55,110 nt of DNA from an uncultured Pelagibacteraceae bacterium (lineage in GTDB: Bacteria; Pseudomonadota; Alphaproteobacteria; Pelagibacterales; Pelagibacteraceae): positions 1 to 55,110 of the forward strand of contig CACLJJ010000001.1 in NCBI GenBank assembly GCA_902607215.1. Direction: 5' to 3'. The position numbers and the translations under genes were made by a program. The notes below the pieces were generated by a model. The model did not search any database. It was not told the DNA's origin and saw only the letters and a list, made by a program, of their open reading frames with translations. Positions 10,014-21,233 of this stretch are shown one piece after another; position 1 is the stretch's first letter, and every line of letters starts with the position of its first letter.

Positions 10014-10437
10014 TTTTTGGTTCTATATCTTCAAGAGACTTATCAATTTTTTTTGTCTTATCACATAGTTTTTTACAAATTATTAAAAAGTCTTCTTTTA
10101 AGTCTTTAACTTTTGCGTAATTGGATTTGTCTATCTCATAACTAATTAACATGTACATTGCTTCTTCATTGCTGGGCTCTAACAACAAAGTTGTATTTAT
10201 GTTTTTTATATGCTCTTTTTCATTCTCTTCAGATTTAAATATTTTTGCTAAATACAAATATGATTTAGCATGTTTTGGATTATAAACGATATTTCTTTGA
10301 AATAAAAATTTAGAATCTTCAAAATTTTCTTGATTAAATTTTTCTTTAGCTTCATTAAAAAAATTTTCTCCAGCAAACGAGAGTGTAGAAAATAATATTA
10401 TGATTGTAGAAAATAATACTTTTTTAATATTTTTCAT
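10003..10437 (-). CDS. Exported TPR-like hypothetical protein
   Basis: Signal peptide from MKNIKK (ATG 10437 preferred over 10452), TPR-like helices, C-terminal CxxxC; overlaps both guaB and guaA. Confidence 0.7.
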   Translation of the reverse strand: MKNIKKVLFSTIIILFSTLSFAGENFFNEAKEKFNQENFEDSKFLFQRNIVYNPKHAKSYLYLAKIFKSEENEKEHIKNINTTLLLEPSNEEAMYMLISYEIDKSNYAKVKDLKEDFLIICKKLCDKTKKIDKSLEDIEPKNES

Positions 10438-11506
10438 CTTTTTTAACTTCATCTATATTGTGCACCATACTTTCATAAAAACCAGCTTTAGTAATTTTTA
10501 CAAAACGAGGTTTATTTCTTAAATTTACTATTTTTTTTGATCCTAAATAACCCATTGAAGATTTTAATCCTCCAATTAATTTAAAAATAATCTTATTAAC
10601 TGGTCCTTTGTATTTTATATATCCTTCTACGCCTTCCGATACATATTTAGATTTATCTTTTTGTTTTTTTTGAAAATATCTGTCGGCAGATCCTTTGTTC
10701 ATTGCTCCAATAGAACCCATTCCTCTAAAATTTTTAAATAATTTTCCATTTTTCTTTACAATCTTTCCTGGTGACTCGTCTGTACCAGCAAACAATGAGC
10801 CGATCATTACTGCGTCAGCGCCCGCAGCTAGAGCTTTTGCAATATCTCCTGAAAATTTAATCCCCCCATCGGCTATGATTTTAACTTTATTTTTTTTTAA
10901 TCCTTTTTTAACATCTAATATTGCACTTAATTGAGGTACACCAATACCTGCAACGAGTCTTGTTGTACAAATTGACCCCGGTCCAATACCAACTTTTATT
11001 ATATCTGCTCCAAGTTTTGCTAAAAAATTTCCAGCTTCAGCGGTTGCTATATTCCCAGCACAAATCAGAGTATTTTTTTTTTTAAATTTTTTAATTTTTT
11101 TTATAACATCTGCTACTTTTTTTGTATGACCATGAGCTGTATCAACTACAATTAAATCTATCTTTTCTTTAAGAATTGCGATAGCTCTTTTGGTTTCTAA
11201 TGGACCTGCTCCTACAGCTGCTCCTACTAACAAGTTTTTTGACTTTACTTTTCTTATTTCTGATATTTGCTTTTTTATATCTAAATTTCTATGTATAACT
11301 CCAATTCCTCCTGCTTTTGCAATTGTAATTGCCATTTTTGACTCTGTAACCGTATCCATAGCAGAGGATAGAAGGGGAATTTTTAGCTTAAAATTATTTG
11401 ATAATGAAATAGAGGTGTCAACTTCTGAGGGCAGTATCTCGGAATACCTAGGTGCCAGCGTAACATCATCAAATGTGAGTGCTTCTTTTATAGGATCCAT
11501 AATCAT
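10424..11506 (-). CDS. guaB: IMP dehydrogenase lacking the CBS subdomain
   Basis: [32 protein letters not shown] and RGMGS motifs; 360 aa; alternative start 11500. Confidence 0.95.
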   Translation of the reverse strand: MIMDPIKEALTFDDVTLAPRYSEILPSEVDTSISLSNNFKLKIPLLSSAMDTVTESKMAITIAKAGGIGVIHRNLDIKKQISEIRKVKSKNLLVGAAVGAGPLETKRAIAILKEKIDLIVVDTAHGHTKKVADVIKKIKKFKKKNTLICAGNIATAEAGNFLAKLGADIIKVGIGPGSICTTRLVAGIGVPQLSAILDVKKGLKKNKVKIIADGGIKFSGDIAKALAAGADAVMIGSLFAGTDESPGKIVKKNGKLFKNFRGMGSIGAMNKGSADRYFQKKQKDKSKYVSEGVEGYIKYKGPVNKIIFKLIGGLKSSMGYLGSKKIVNLRNKPRFVKITKAGFYESMVHNIDEVKKDEKY

Positions 11507-11539
11507 GTATATACGATTCTTTTAAAATTAAAAGAGTGT

Positions 11540-12151
11540 CTAACGTAAAAATTTACAGATTATAAAACTTTCCTTTGAAACTTTTCTGCTAGACAAAGGT
11601 TTAAATACTCTAACTTCTTTAAATGATTTTTTTGCATTTGCAACAATTTCATTAAAACTAGATCCCATAAATATTTTAGATACAAATCTTCCTTTTTGAT
11701 TAACTGTATCTAATGCAAATTTCATTGCTTCTAAACAAAGCTCTCCCGTGACAATTGCATCTAAATTTTTATTTCCAGTTGTGTTAACGGCCATGTCGGA
11801 GACCACAACATCAATTTTATCATCAAAATAATTTTTTATCTTAGTTTTGTATCTTTCATCATTAAAATCTCCAACAATTTGATGAATATTTTTAATTGGC
11901 TCAAATTTTAGTAAATCTATAGATAAAATTTTACCATTTTTTATTTTTTTTGATAGATATTGAGACCAACTTCCCGGGGCAGCACCAAGATCTACCACTG
12001 ATCTTGTTTGATTTAAAATTTTAAATTTTTCATCGATCTCTTTAAGTTTATAAACCGCTCTTGATCTATAGCCTTCAATTTTTGATTGACGAACATAAAT
12101 ATCTCTTCGCTGTCTGTTTATCCAATCTTTAGATATTTTATTTTTTTTCAA
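11540..12151 (-). CDS. rlmE: 23S rRNA Um2552 methyltransferase
   Basis: YRSRAVYKL, DLGAAPGSWSQ and VSDMA motifs; TTG start. Confidence 0.93.
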   Translation of the reverse strand: MKKNKISKDWINRQRRDIYVRQSKIEGYRSRAVYKLKEIDEKFKILNQTRSVVDLGAAPGSWSQYLSKKIKNGKILSIDLLKFEPIKNIHQIVGDFNDERYKTKIKNYFDDKIDVVVSDMAVNTTGNKNLDAIVTGELCLEAMKFALDTVNQKGRFVSKIFMGSSFNEIVANAKKSFKEVRVFKPLSSRKVSKESFIICKFLR

Positions 12152-12952
12152 TTATAAAACGTCTTCAGGTTCTTCTTCAATAAATTTATTATCATTTACA
12201 AAACTTTTTTTAAGTTTTTTATAATGAATAATGCTTGCGGGTATTGATAGTAGATAAATTAAACAACACATAATAAGTGCTTTGAATGTAAAAATTAATA
12301 ACAGCCCAAATGAAAGAACGATTCCAAAAAGTAAAAAAATTGTTGTGCTTCTAGGTACTACAATTTTTTTTAAAGAGTATGTTGGGATTTTACTAATCAA
12401 TAATATTGAGATAACTACAAATATAATTGGGGTTACAAATTGATAGTTTAAAGTTAAAATATCTAATTCGCTAACATCATAAATTAATGGACTTAAAACC
12501 AAAATACCACCTGCTGGTGATGGTATGCCTTCAAAAAAATTATCTTTCCAAGATGGGTCAACGTCTGTATTTATATTAAATCTAGCTAATCTAAGAGCTA
12601 CACAAACAACATAGATTAAACATATTAACCAACCTACTTTACCCAGTGAATTTAGTATCCAAAAATACATTATAAAAGCTGGCGCTACACCAAAACTAAT
12701 TATATCAGTTAAAGAGTCCAATTCCTTTCCAACTTTCGAGGTTCCCTTGATAAGTCTTGCAATTCTACCATCCAAACCATCAATAATTGCTGCAAACAAA
12801 ATTGCTACTATTGCTAACTTATAATTTTGATTTAAAGCGAGGTTTATTGAGCTTAAGCCAATACATACTCCTATAAGAGTTAAAGTATTAGGCAATATAA
12901 CTCTTGCTCTTGTATCTGTTACTAATTTAAATTTCTTTTTTGGTTCATTCAT
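12152..12952 (-). CDS. pssA: CDP-diacylglycerol--serine O-phosphatidyltransferase
   Basis: DGLDGRIAR...GKELDSLTD CDP-alcohol phosphotransferase motif, LRLARFN; directly follows psd. Confidence 0.92.
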   Translation of the reverse strand: MNEPKKKFKLVTDTRARVILPNTLTLIGVCIGLSSINLALNQNYKLAIVAILFAAIIDGLDGRIARLIKGTSKVGKELDSLTDIISFGVAPAFIMYFWILNSLGKVGWLICLIYVVCVALRLARFNINTDVDPSWKDNFFEGIPSPAGGILVLSPLIYDVSELDILTLNYQFVTPIIFVVISILLISKIPTYSLKKIVVPRSTTIFLLFGIVLSFGLLLIFTFKALIMCCLIYLLSIPASIIHYKKLKKSFVNDNKFIEEEPEDVL

Positions 12953-12956
12953 TATT

Positions 12957-13601
12957 TTATCTTTTTGCTACAAGTGTTTCTCCTGCTATAGTTTTTTGAT
13001 TAACTTTAACTAATGGAGTATAGTTATTAAAATATATATCCGCTCTACTTCCAAATCTAATCATACCAATTCTATCTCCTTGTTTTAATTCTGTGTTTTC
13101 AGATACTTCGCTAACAATTCTTCTCGCTATAAGTCCTGCTATTTGAACAACAATAACATTTTCTCCGTTTAAATTTGTAATCTTGTAATATTTTCTTTCA
13201 TTGTCTTCGCTGGCCTTATCAAGTGAAGCATTTAAAAATTTACCTGGCTTATAAACTATTTCAGCAAGCTTTCCTGAACAAGGACTTCTGTTAACATGAC
13301 AATCAAATACATTCATAAAAATACTAACTTTGGTAAATTTTTTATCTTCCATATTTAATTCTTTTGGACCATCTGACTCTTGCACTTGTAAAACTAACCC
13401 ATCTGCTGGACTAACTAGATAATTTTCATCATTAATAGAAACTCTTTCTGGGTCTCTAAAAAAATAGTAGCACCATACTGTTAAAACCAAACCTATTAGT
13501 CCCAAAAAACTACTAATAAAGTATAAAATTATAGTAACTAAACCAAATATTACTAAAAACTTGTATCCCTCATTGTGGATCTTTGGAAAAACTTTGTCCA
13601 T
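12957..13601 (-). CDS. psd: Phosphatidylserine decarboxylase proenzyme
   Basis: FFRDPER, SPADG, HVNRSP, QIAGLIARRI and the RFGSR self-cleavage motif. Confidence 0.94.
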   Translation of the reverse strand: MDKVFPKIHNEGYKFLVIFGLVTIILYFISSFLGLIGLVLTVWCYYFFRDPERVSINDENYLVSPADGLVLQVQESDGPKELNMEDKKFTKVSIFMNVFDCHVNRSPCSGKLAEIVYKPGKFLNASLDKASEDNERKYYKITNLNGENVIVVQIAGLIARRIVSEVSENTELKQGDRIGMIRFGSRADIYFNNYTPLVKVNQKTIAGETLVAKR

Positions 13602-13680
13602 AATAATCCTTCATTTGATAATTTGTCCTTAATATGTATATAAAACTCCAAAATTCAATTAATAAGATATATAATTAAAT

Positions 13681-14895
13681 ATGAGCAAAATTAAGGTTAA
13701 AAACCCAATTGTTGAGCTAGATGGTGATGAAATGACAAGGGTAATTTGGAGTTTTATAAAAAATAAACTCATACTCCCTTATTTAGATCTAGATATCAAA
13801 TATTATGATCTTGGTATAAAAAATAGAGATAAAACTTCTGACCAAATAACTATTGATTGTGCAAATGCAATAAAAAAATATGGTGTTGGAATTAAGTGTG
13901 CAACAATTACTCCGGATGAACTAAGAGTTAAAGAGTTTAATCTAAAAAAAATGTGGAGATCTCCTAATGGTACAATAAGAAATATTTTAGGAGGAACGGT
14001 TTTTCGAGAACCAATACTTTGCAAAAATATTCCAAAATTAATTCCAAGTTGGAAAAATCCAATTTGCATAGGTAGACATGCATTTGGAGATCAATATAGA
14101 GCAACTGACTTTCAAGTTCCTGGGAAAGGTAAACTAGTGATTAAATGGACGTCTGAAGATGGGAAAGAAAAAAAAGAATATGAAGTTTTTAACTTTCCAG
14201 GTCCAGGTGTTGCCCTATCAATGTATAATCTAGATCAGTCTATAAAAGATTTTGCAAGATCCTGTATGAACTATGGGCTTAGTAGAAGATGGCCAGTTTA
14301 TCTTTCTACTAAAAATACAATTTTAAAAAAATATGATGGTAGATTCAAAGATTTGTTTCAAGAAGTTTATGAAAAAGAATTTAAAGAAAAATTTAAAGAA
14401 AGAAAAATAACTTACGAACATAGACTTATAGATGATATGGTGGCTTGTGCGCTAAAATGGAATGGAAATTATATTTGGGCATGTAAAAATTACGATGGAG
14501 ATGTTCAATCCGATACAGTTGCACAAGGATTTGGCTCTCTAGGTTTGATGTCTAGTGTTTTGATGACACCTGATGGTAAAACTATTGAAGCAGAAGCTGC
14601 TCATGGCACTGTAACGAGACACTATAGACTACACCAACAAGGTAAAGAAACTTCAACTAATCCCATAGCATCTATTTTTGCGTGGGCGAGAGGTCTATAC
14701 CATAGAGGAAAAATAGACGGTAATGAAGATTTAAAAAAATTCATAAAAACTCTAGAAAAAGTTTGTATAGAGACAGTCGAAAATGGTTCAATGACTAAAG
14801 ATTTAGCGGTTCTTATAGGGCCGTCTACAAAATATTTAAATACTAATCAATTCCTGGATACTATTGATGGTAATTTGAAAAAAAAATTAAATTAA
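13681..14895 (+). CDS. icd: NADP-dependent isocitrate dehydrogenase (type II)
   Basis: [32 protein letters not shown] and [10 protein letters not shown] motifs. Confidence 0.96.
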   Translation: MSKIKVKNPIVELDGDEMTRVIWSFIKNKLILPYLDLDIKYYDLGIKNRDKTSDQITIDCANAIKKYGVGIKCATITPDELRVKEFNLKKMWRSPNGTIRNILGGTVFREPILCKNIPKLIPSWKNPICIGRHAFGDQYRATDFQVPGKGKLVIKWTSEDGKEKKEYEVFNFPGPGVALSMYNLDQSIKDFARSCMNYGLSRRWPVYLSTKNTILKKYDGRFKDLFQEVYEKEFKEKFKERKITYEHRLIDDMVACALKWNGNYIWACKNYDGDVQSDTVAQGFGSLGLMSSVLMTPDGKTIEAEAAHGTVTRHYRLHQQGKETSTNPIASIFAWARGLYHRGKIDGNEDLKKFIKTLEKVCIETVENGSMTKDLAVLIGPSTKYLNTNQFLDTIDGNLKKKLN

Positions 14896-17553
14896 CGATT
14901 TTAATTTCTTAATTGCCTCTTCAATTTTGTTTAATTCTGTGCCACCAGCTTGAGCAAAATCAGGTCTACCTCCACCACCTTTTCCACCTATTATTTCTGA
15001 TCCAGTTTTTGCAAATTTTACAGCATCATATTTGCTTGTAAGTTTACTTGTAATTCCTGCTGCTAATCCAATCTTCCCATCTTTGCTAGCAAAGATAATT
15101 ACTATACCTTCGCCTATTTCTTTTTTTCCGTTATCTACTAGTTTTCTCAAATCTTTTGGGGGAAGATCGGTTATTTTTTGAAATCTTACTTTAATATTTT
15201 TTATTGTTTCATCTTTAATAATATTTTTTGATTTATCGCTTAAAATACTTTTTATAGAAAGTTGATCAAATTGTTTATTTAAGTCTCTTATTAAATCTTT
15301 TTGATTTTCATTATCTAAATTTGGTTTTCCTCCGAGTTTAATAATTTCTTCTGAAAGATTTTTTATAATTTCTTCATTTTTTTGAATTGACAAATCAGAT
15401 AATTTTTCTTTTTTAGTTAAAAATTCTTCTAATTGTTTTTCTCTAAGGGCTTCAATCCTTCTAATGCCAGCAGCAATAGAAGACTGGCTTACAATTTTAA
15501 ATTTGCCTATATCTCCTATATTTCTAACATGAGTTCCGCCACAAAGTTCTGTTGAAAAATATCTATCTTTTTCATTTCCCATAGAAAGAACTCTTACTTC
15601 TTCGCCATACTTTTCACCAAATAAGGCTAAAGCTCCATTATCAACTGCTTCTTTTGGAGTCATTAATCTAGTTTTTACATCTGATTTCGTTTCGACCATT
15701 TTATTTACAAAATTTTCAATTTTATTTATTTCGGCATTCGAAATTGGCTTCATATGGCTAAAGTCAAATCTTAGTCTATCTGGGGCAACCAAAGATCCTT
15801 TTTGAGTAACATGTTTCCCCAAAACTCTTCTTAAAGATTCATGAAGAAGGTGTGTTGCTGAATGATAAGCTCTTATATTTTTTCTTCTCTCAACATCTAT
15901 TTTCATTTCCACATTTTCATTTAACTTAATAGATCCGTTTTCAACTTTTCCATAATGTACAAATAAGTCGCCTAGTTTTTTTTGAACATCATTTACTCTA
16001 AATTTAAAATCTCCAGAAATAATAAGACCAGTATCACCAATCTGTCCTCCTGACTCGCCATAAAAAGGAGTTTGATTTACAATTATGATTGCTTCATCGC
16101 CCTTGTTCAAACTTTCTACTTCTTTGCTATCTTTAATTAATGAAAGCACCATTCCCTCAGCTTGATTAGTTTCATATCCTAAAAATTCACTTGGTCCTAG
16201 CTTGTCTTTAATAGCAAACCAGATTTCTTCTAATGAGCTATCACCTGAGCCTTTCCAATTTTTCTTAGCAAGCTCTCTACTTTCTTTCATTAATAATTTA
16301 ACTTTTTTATGATCGATAGTAAGTGATTTATTTTTTAAAATATCTTCTGTTAGATCTAGAGGAAAGCCATAAGTATCATAAAGTTTAAAAGCAACCTCGC
16401 CAGGTAAAACTTTATCTACTTTAGTAATTTCTTCATTTAGAATTTTCATGCCTCTTTCAAGAAGAACTAAAAATTTTTCTTCTTCCATTCTTAATGTTTC
16501 TTTTATTAAAGACTCTGCTCTTTTAAGTTCAGGATAATTTTCTGACATTTCATTCATTAGTGTTTTAAAAATATTAAAGAATATTGGTTCCTTTGATCCT
16601 AAAAGATGAGAATGTCTCATGCCTCTCCTCATAATTCTTCTTAATACATATCCACGACCTTCATTAGATGGTAAAACTCCTTCAGCAATTAAGAAGGAGC
16701 TTGCTCTTAAATGGTCAGCTATTACTCTAAAGCTCGATAAGTTTTTTTCATTAGATTTTGTTTTAACTGCTTCAGAAATAGAATTTATTAATTTAATAAA
16801 ATGATCTGTTTTGTAATTATCATGAGTTCCTTGTAATAATGCAGTTATGCGTTCTAAGCCCATTCCAGTATCAACAGATGGTTTTGGAAGATTTATTCTT
16901 TTGCCTTTGGAAGTTTGCTCAAACTGCATAAATACTAAGTTCCAAATTTCTATATATCTATCTCCATCTTGATCTTTGGTGCCAGGTAATCCTCCTTTTA
17001 AATGATCTCCATGGTCATAAAATATTTCTGAACAAGGTCCGCAGGGTCCAGTTTCACCCATAGACCAAAAATTATCTGAAGTAGGAATTTTAATTATTTT
17101 ATCTTCGCCAAATCCGGTAATTTTTTTCCATAAATTAAAAGCTTCATCATCCTCATTAAAAACAGTAAAATAAAGCCTATTTTTATCTAAACCAAATTCT
17201 TTTGTTATTAAATTCCAAGCTAGCTCGATTGCTCTTTCTTTGAAGTAATCTCCAAAAGAAAAATTACCAAGCATTTCAAAAAATGTATGATGCCTTGGAG
17301 TGTAACCAACATTTTCTAAATCATTATGTTTTCCTCCCGCTCTTACACATTTTTGGGAAGTTGTTGCTCTTTTATAATCTCTTTTTTCTAAACCTGTAAA
17401 TACATTTTTGAATTGTACCATTCCAGAATTGGCAAACATTAATGTAGGGTCGTTATTTGGAACTAGGTTGCTAGACTCAACTATCTTATGATTGTTTTTC
17501 TGAAAATATTTAAGAAAAGTGCTTCTTATTTGATTTAGTGATTTGCCAGACAT
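14887..17553 (-). CDS. alaS: Alanine--tRNA ligase
   Basis: [43 protein letters not shown] and [13 protein letters not shown] motifs. Confidence 0.98.
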   Translation of the reverse strand: MSGKSLNQIRSTFLKYFQKNNHKIVESSNLVPNNDPTLMFANSGMVQFKNVFTGLEKRDYKRATTSQKCVRAGGKHNDLENVGYTPRHHTFFEMLGNFSFGDYFKERAIELAWNLITKEFGLDKNRLYFTVFNEDDEAFNLWKKITGFGEDKIIKIPTSDNFWSMGETGPCGPCSEIFYDHGDHLKGGLPGTKDQDGDRYIEIWNLVFMQFEQTSKGKRINLPKPSVDTGMGLERITALLQGTHDNYKTDHFIKLINSISEAVKTKSNEKNLSSFRVIADHLRASSFLIAEGVLPSNEGRGYVLRRIMRRGMRHSHLLGSKEPIFFNIFKTLMNEMSENYPELKRAESLIKETLRMEEEKFLVLLERGMKILNEEITKVDKVLPGEVAFKLYDTYGFPLDLTEDILKNKSLTIDHKKVKLLMKESRELAKKNWKGSGDSSLEEIWFAIKDKLGPSEFLGYETNQAEGMVLSLIKDSKEVESLNKGDEAIIIVNQTPFYGESGGQIGDTGLIISGDFKFRVNDVQKKLGDLFVHYGKVENGSIKLNENVEMKIDVERRKNIRAYHSATHLLHESLRRVLGKHVTQKGSLVAPDRLRFDFSHMKPISNAEINKIENFVNKMVETKSDVKTRLMTPKEAVDNGALALFGEKYGEEVRVLSMGNEKDRYFSTELCGGTHVRNIGDIGKFKIVSQSSIAAGIRRIEALREKQLEEFLTKKEKLSDLSIQKNEEIIKNLSEEIIKLGGKPNLDNENQKDLIRDLNKQFDQLSIKSILSDKSKNIIKDETIKNIKVRFQKITDLPPKDLRKLVDNGKKEIGEGIVIIFASKDGKIGLAAGITSKLTSKYDAVKFAKTGSEIIGGKGGGGRPDFAQAGGTELNKIEEAIKKLKSLI

Positions 17554-17601
17554 ACTTTCAAAATACAGCTTTTTTATTTGATGTCTAGATAACTATAAGG
17601 G

Positions 17602-17630
17602 AAAAAAGGCGCTTATTTTAAGCGCCTTTT
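17602..17630 (-). terminator. Intrinsic terminator downstream of recA
   Basis: AAAAGGCGCTTA-TTT-TAAGCGCCTTTT perfect inverted repeat with a U6 tract on the minus strand. Confidence 0.85.
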
Positions 17631-17652
17631 ATTAACTAAAAATGACTTTTAA

Positions 17653-18774
17653 CTAATTCTTTTTTGTTGGAATTTCCTCTTTTGAATCAACTTTTTCTTT
17701 TTCCTGGTCTAAGGGATTACCTTCTATTTTTTTAGAAATAACTCCAGCTTTCTCTCTAATTGCCATTTCAATTTCTGCAGCAACTTTTGGATTTTGTTCT
17801 AAATAATCTTTAGCATTTTCTCTACCTTGGCCTATTTTTTCACCTTTATATGCATACCATGCGCCTGATTTTTCAACTATCTCAGCCTTAGCACCTAGGT
17901 CCACTAGCTCTCCAACTTTGCTAATTCCTTTTCCATACATCAAATCAAATTCAACAACTTTGAATGGAGGAGAAACTTTATTTTTCACTACTTTAACTCT
18001 AGTAGAATTTCCAATGATCTGTTCTTTGTCTTTTATTGCTCCAATTCTTCTAATATCCATTCTTACAGAAGAATAGAACTTTAATGCATTTCCTCCTGAT
18101 GTTGTCTCGGGACTTCCAAACATTACACCGATTTTCATTCTTATTTGGTTTATGAAAATAACCATTGTATTTGTTCGTGAAATTGAGCTTGTTAGCTTTC
18201 TTAATGCTTGACTCATTAATCTTGATTGAAGACCTACATGATGATCTCCCATTTCTCCTTCAATTTCAGCTCTTGGCGTTAATGCCGCAACCGAGTCTAC
18301 TACCAACACTGAAACTGAGCCTGATTTTATTAATGTATCAGCTATTTCTAAAGCTTGTTCGCCTGTATCTGGTTGAGAAATTAATAATTCTTCAGTATCT
18401 ACTCCTAATTTTTTTGCATAAACTGGATCTAGTGCATGCTCTGCATCTATAAAGCCACAAATGCCTCCTACCTTTTGAGCTTCGGCTACAACTTGCAATG
18501 CAAGTGTAGTTTTTCCTGATGACTCAGGTCCATAAATTTCAATAACTCTTCCTTTGGGTAATCCGCCTATTCCAAGTGCTAAATCTAAACTTAGTGAGCC
18601 TGTAGAAATGGACTCAATATCCATTGCTGTTTGCTGTCCAAGTTTCATTACGGAACCTTTTCCAAAATTATCTGTAATTTGGCTAATTGCAGCTTCTAAA
18701 GCTTTATTTTTCTCTTTATTCTCTAATTCCTTATCTTTAGTAGATTTAACTACTTTTAGGTTATTTTTCGTCAT
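17653..18774 (-). CDS. recA: Recombinase RecA
   Basis: [26 protein letters not shown] and [14 protein letters not shown] motifs. Confidence 0.99.
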   Translation of the reverse strand: MTKNNLKVVKSTKDKELENKEKNKALEAAISQITDNFGKGSVMKLGQQTAMDIESISTGSLSLDLALGIGGLPKGRVIEIYGPESSGKTTLALQVVAEAQKVGGICGFIDAEHALDPVYAKKLGVDTEELLISQPDTGEQALEIADTLIKSGSVSVLVVDSVAALTPRAEIEGEMGDHHVGLQSRLMSQALRKLTSSISRTNTMVIFINQIRMKIGVMFGSPETTSGGNALKFYSSVRMDIRRIGAIKDKEQIIGNSTRVKVVKNKVSPPFKVVEFDLMYGKGISKVGELVDLGAKAEIVEKSGAWYAYKGEKIGQGRENAKDYLEQNPKVAAEIEMAIREKAGVISKKIEGNPLDQEKEKVDSKEEIPTKKN

Positions 18775-18824
18775 TTTTACCTCTTTTTTTTATGTTTTTT
18801 AGCATTCGAATCATGCTAATAAAT

Positions 18825-18839
18825 GTACACATTTTGTTC
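18825..18839 (-). promoter_or_regulatory. Alphaproteobacterial LexA (SOS) box upstream of recA
   Basis: Minus strand GAAC-AAAATGT-GTAC (GAAC-N7-GTAC), overlapping a TTGCCA-N16-TACATT promoter candidate. Confidence 0.8.
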
Positions 18840-18893
18840 TCATTGGCAAGAAATTAATTTATTAATCAAAAATACCAATAAATATAAAGATTT

Positions 18894-20195
18894 TTACTTA
18901 TTAAGCCCTAAATAATTAGCACTTAAAATTCCAACTGATTGTAAAAATCTAAATTGTGATAGTAGATATTCTCTTTCTGAATTAGCTAAGCTAATTTTTG
19001 AATTTAATAATATTGAATTCGATTGAATAACATCTAGTGTCGATCTCCCTTTTCCACTTTCATACTCAGCTGTAATTCCTTCATTCGCAATCTCTGCCGC
19101 TTTAACCTGCAACTTTACTGACTCTAGCAAACTTCCATTTGATTTCATGTTTGACCAAGCGCTAGCTACGTTAGTATCATTAACTTTTAATGCATTATCG
19201 AGTAATAATTTTTTTCTATTTCTAAGATTTTTTGATTTACTTAGTTCAGCATAATTTTTTCCACCAGAAAATATTGGCCATGTAATAGTTGCTTCTACAG
19301 TCTCTTTATTCTGCTGATCGTAAGTTGAACTTAAATCATCTGTTTCCTTAGATTCAAAAGAAAGAGTAGCAGATGGTGCTAGATCTGATTGTGCTATTTT
19401 AACATCTCGTTCAGATTGCTCATATTCTAGTTTTGCAATTATTAAATCGGGATTGTTTGTCTTTGATAGTTGAATTGCATTTTCTAAAGTTAATGGAATT
19501 TTTAAGTTTAAATTAATATTTTTATTTAGATCAGAAGAGTCTTGTATTGGACCAATAATATTTTCATAATTTAGTTTAGCTGTAATTACATTGTTTTTAG
19601 CTTGAATGAATTTAGCTTGAGATCCAGCCAAAGAAGACTCTGACTGGGCCAAATCAGCAACACTTACTTGGCCTCTATCTAGTCTAATTCTATCAGTTTC
19701 CACTTGCCTCTCAGATAAATTGACATTTCTTTTATTTATAGAAAACTTTTCCTTTGCAAAAATTAAACCTGAGAAAGCCTCTACTGCTTTTAAAAGAATT
19801 TTTTGTTCAATTTGTAAAAGTTTAGCGTCCGCTAAAACTAAACCAATTTTATTTTTTTCATAATCTGCTATACCACCAAATCCTTGAAAAATTTTCTGTT
19901 CAATTTTTATTGATCGAGTTTCTGGATTGACATCTGTAACTGTAGCACCTGTCCCATCCTGATTTGTTAGTTTTGATGTATTTTCGCTGCTTTTTGATCC
20001 TTTAAGTGTTATAGTAGGTAAAAACTCACTTTTAGAAATATCAAGATTTTTTTTAGATACATTTATATTTTCTCGCTCTGCATTAAGCTCTGCATTATTT
20101 GTATAAGCTTCTAATAAAGCTTGTGATAAATTGGCAGCTAAAGAATTTGTTTGTAAAACAATTATTAAACTAAAAATAATTAATAACTTTTTCAT
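18894..20195 (-). CDS. TolC family outer membrane protein
   Basis: Signal peptide, two OEP-like repeats (SEFLPTI / SDLAPSA, IFQGFG / PIFSGG), YESGKGRSTLDV. Confidence 0.88.
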   Translation of the reverse strand: MKKLLIIFSLIIVLQTNSLAANLSQALLEAYTNNAELNAERENINVSKKNLDISKSEFLPTITLKGSKSSENTSKLTNQDGTGATVTDVNPETRSIKIEQKIFQGFGGIADYEKNKIGLVLADAKLLQIEQKILLKAVEAFSGLIFAKEKFSINKRNVNLSERQVETDRIRLDRGQVSVADLAQSESSLAGSQAKFIQAKNNVITAKLNYENIIGPIQDSSDLNKNINLNLKIPLTLENAIQLSKTNNPDLIIAKLEYEQSERDVKIAQSDLAPSATLSFESKETDDLSSTYDQQNKETVEATITWPIFSGGKNYAELSKSKNLRNRKKLLLDNALKVNDTNVASAWSNMKSNGSLLESVKLQVKAAEIANEGITAEYESGKGRSTLDVIQSNSILLNSKISLANSEREYLLSQFRFLQSVGILSANYLGLNK

Positions 20196-20252
20196 TTTTT
20201 AAATTTTATATTTATAATTTGATGCTTGTTATTTAATATCATTACTTGTGAA

Positions 20253-20624
20253 TTATTTTTTTTGATCTAGTGGATGATTTATTCCATCATTTACAGCTAC
20301 ATTTTCTAATTCAAAAGGATTTATTTCCTCCACACAAGCAACATTTATTCCATACATGCTTGGATTGCTACGCATTTTATGATGTGTATAAATTCCACAA
20401 TTAGTACAAAAGTAGTGTTCTGCTACTTTTGTATGGTATTGATACATCTTTAAATGCTCTTTTCCTTTTATAACCTTCAGATCTGTGCTTGGTATTGGCG
20501 ACATAATTGCTCCCTTTCTTTTACATAAAGAACAATTACATCTCATTAATTTCTTAAATCCCTCATCAGGAATATTTGCTTCAAGCTCAACACTTCCGCA
20601 ATGACATGTAAGTTTTTTTTTCAT
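20253..20624 (-). CDS. GFA/CENP-V family Zn-binding protein
   Basis: CHCG, CNCSLC and HYFCTNCG motifs. Confidence 0.9.
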   Translation of the reverse strand: MKKKLTCHCGSVELEANIPDEGFKKLMRCNCSLCKRKGAIMSPIPSTDLKVIKGKEHLKMYQYHTKVAEHYFCTNCGIYTHHKMRSNPSMYGINVACVEEINPFELENVAVNDGINHPLDQKK

Positions 20625-20700
20625 TATTTTTCAACCCTGTTTAAATACATCATGTATTTAGCTTTTTCATTTTTATTTTAAAAACTACTTATGGCAATAG

Positions 20701-20709
20701 TTATCCACA
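20701..20709 (+). promoter_or_regulatory. Perfect DnaA box (TTATCCACA) in the GFA-umuD intergenic region
   Basis: Exact consensus 9-mer; single copy, function not demonstrated. Confidence 0.45.
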
Positions 20710-20818
20710 ATATAACCAAATATAGCTCTGTATGTTCATGTTTTGATTCACTTTCGATTCACTTACAGACTCAAAATACAACCTATTTGACTATATTAAA
20801 AAACTCATGTATTAATTA

Positions 20819-20833
20819 GAACAAAACAAGAAC
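20819..20833 (+). promoter_or_regulatory. Alphaproteobacterial LexA (SOS) box upstream of umuD
   Basis: GAAC-AAAACAA-GAAC (GAAC-N7-GAAC) 4 nt before the ATG; a TTGACT -35 candidate lies at 20787-20792. Confidence 0.85.
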
Positions 20834-20837
20834 AATT

Positions 20838-21233
20838 ATGAAGCTAACTGTACCATTTTATTTACACAAAGCTGGAGCGGGTTTTCCATCACCTGCAACT
20901 GACTACATAGAAGAAGATATAGATTTAAATTTGCATTTAATAAAAAATGTTCCCGCTACTTTTGTAATCAGAGTTCAGGGTAAATCAATGACTGATGTTG
21001 GGGTTAACGATGGGGATATATTGGTTGTTGATAAAAGTTTAAAACCTAGAAATTTTTCAACAGTAATAGCAAATATTCATGATGAATTAGTTGTTAAAAG
21101 TTTTGTTAAAGAGGGAAATAAACAATTTTTAACATCAGGATCCAAAAACTTTGAAGATAGAATTTTAATCAATGAAGAAGACGATATTTTTATTTGGGGA
21201 GTTGTAACTTATGTCATCCACTCAGTATACTAA
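20838..21233 (+). CDS. umuD: DNA polymerase V subunit UmuD (S24 peptidase)
   Basis: AGFPSPA cleavage motif, catalytic Ser (GKSM) and Lys (VVKS), IWGVV. Confidence 0.92.
   Translation: MKLTVPFYLHKAGAGFPSPATDYIEEDIDLNLHLIKNVPATFVIRVQGKSMTDVGVNDGDILVVDKSLKPRNFSTVIANIHDELVVKSFVKEGNKQFLTSGSKNFEDRILINEEDDIFIWGVVTYVIHSVY

Noticed and set aside
20625-20837. Replication origin
   Set aside because: Only one perfect DnaA box, no change in dominant gene orientation and no typical origin-flanking genes. Kept only as a regulatory finding; whole-genome skew would be decisive.
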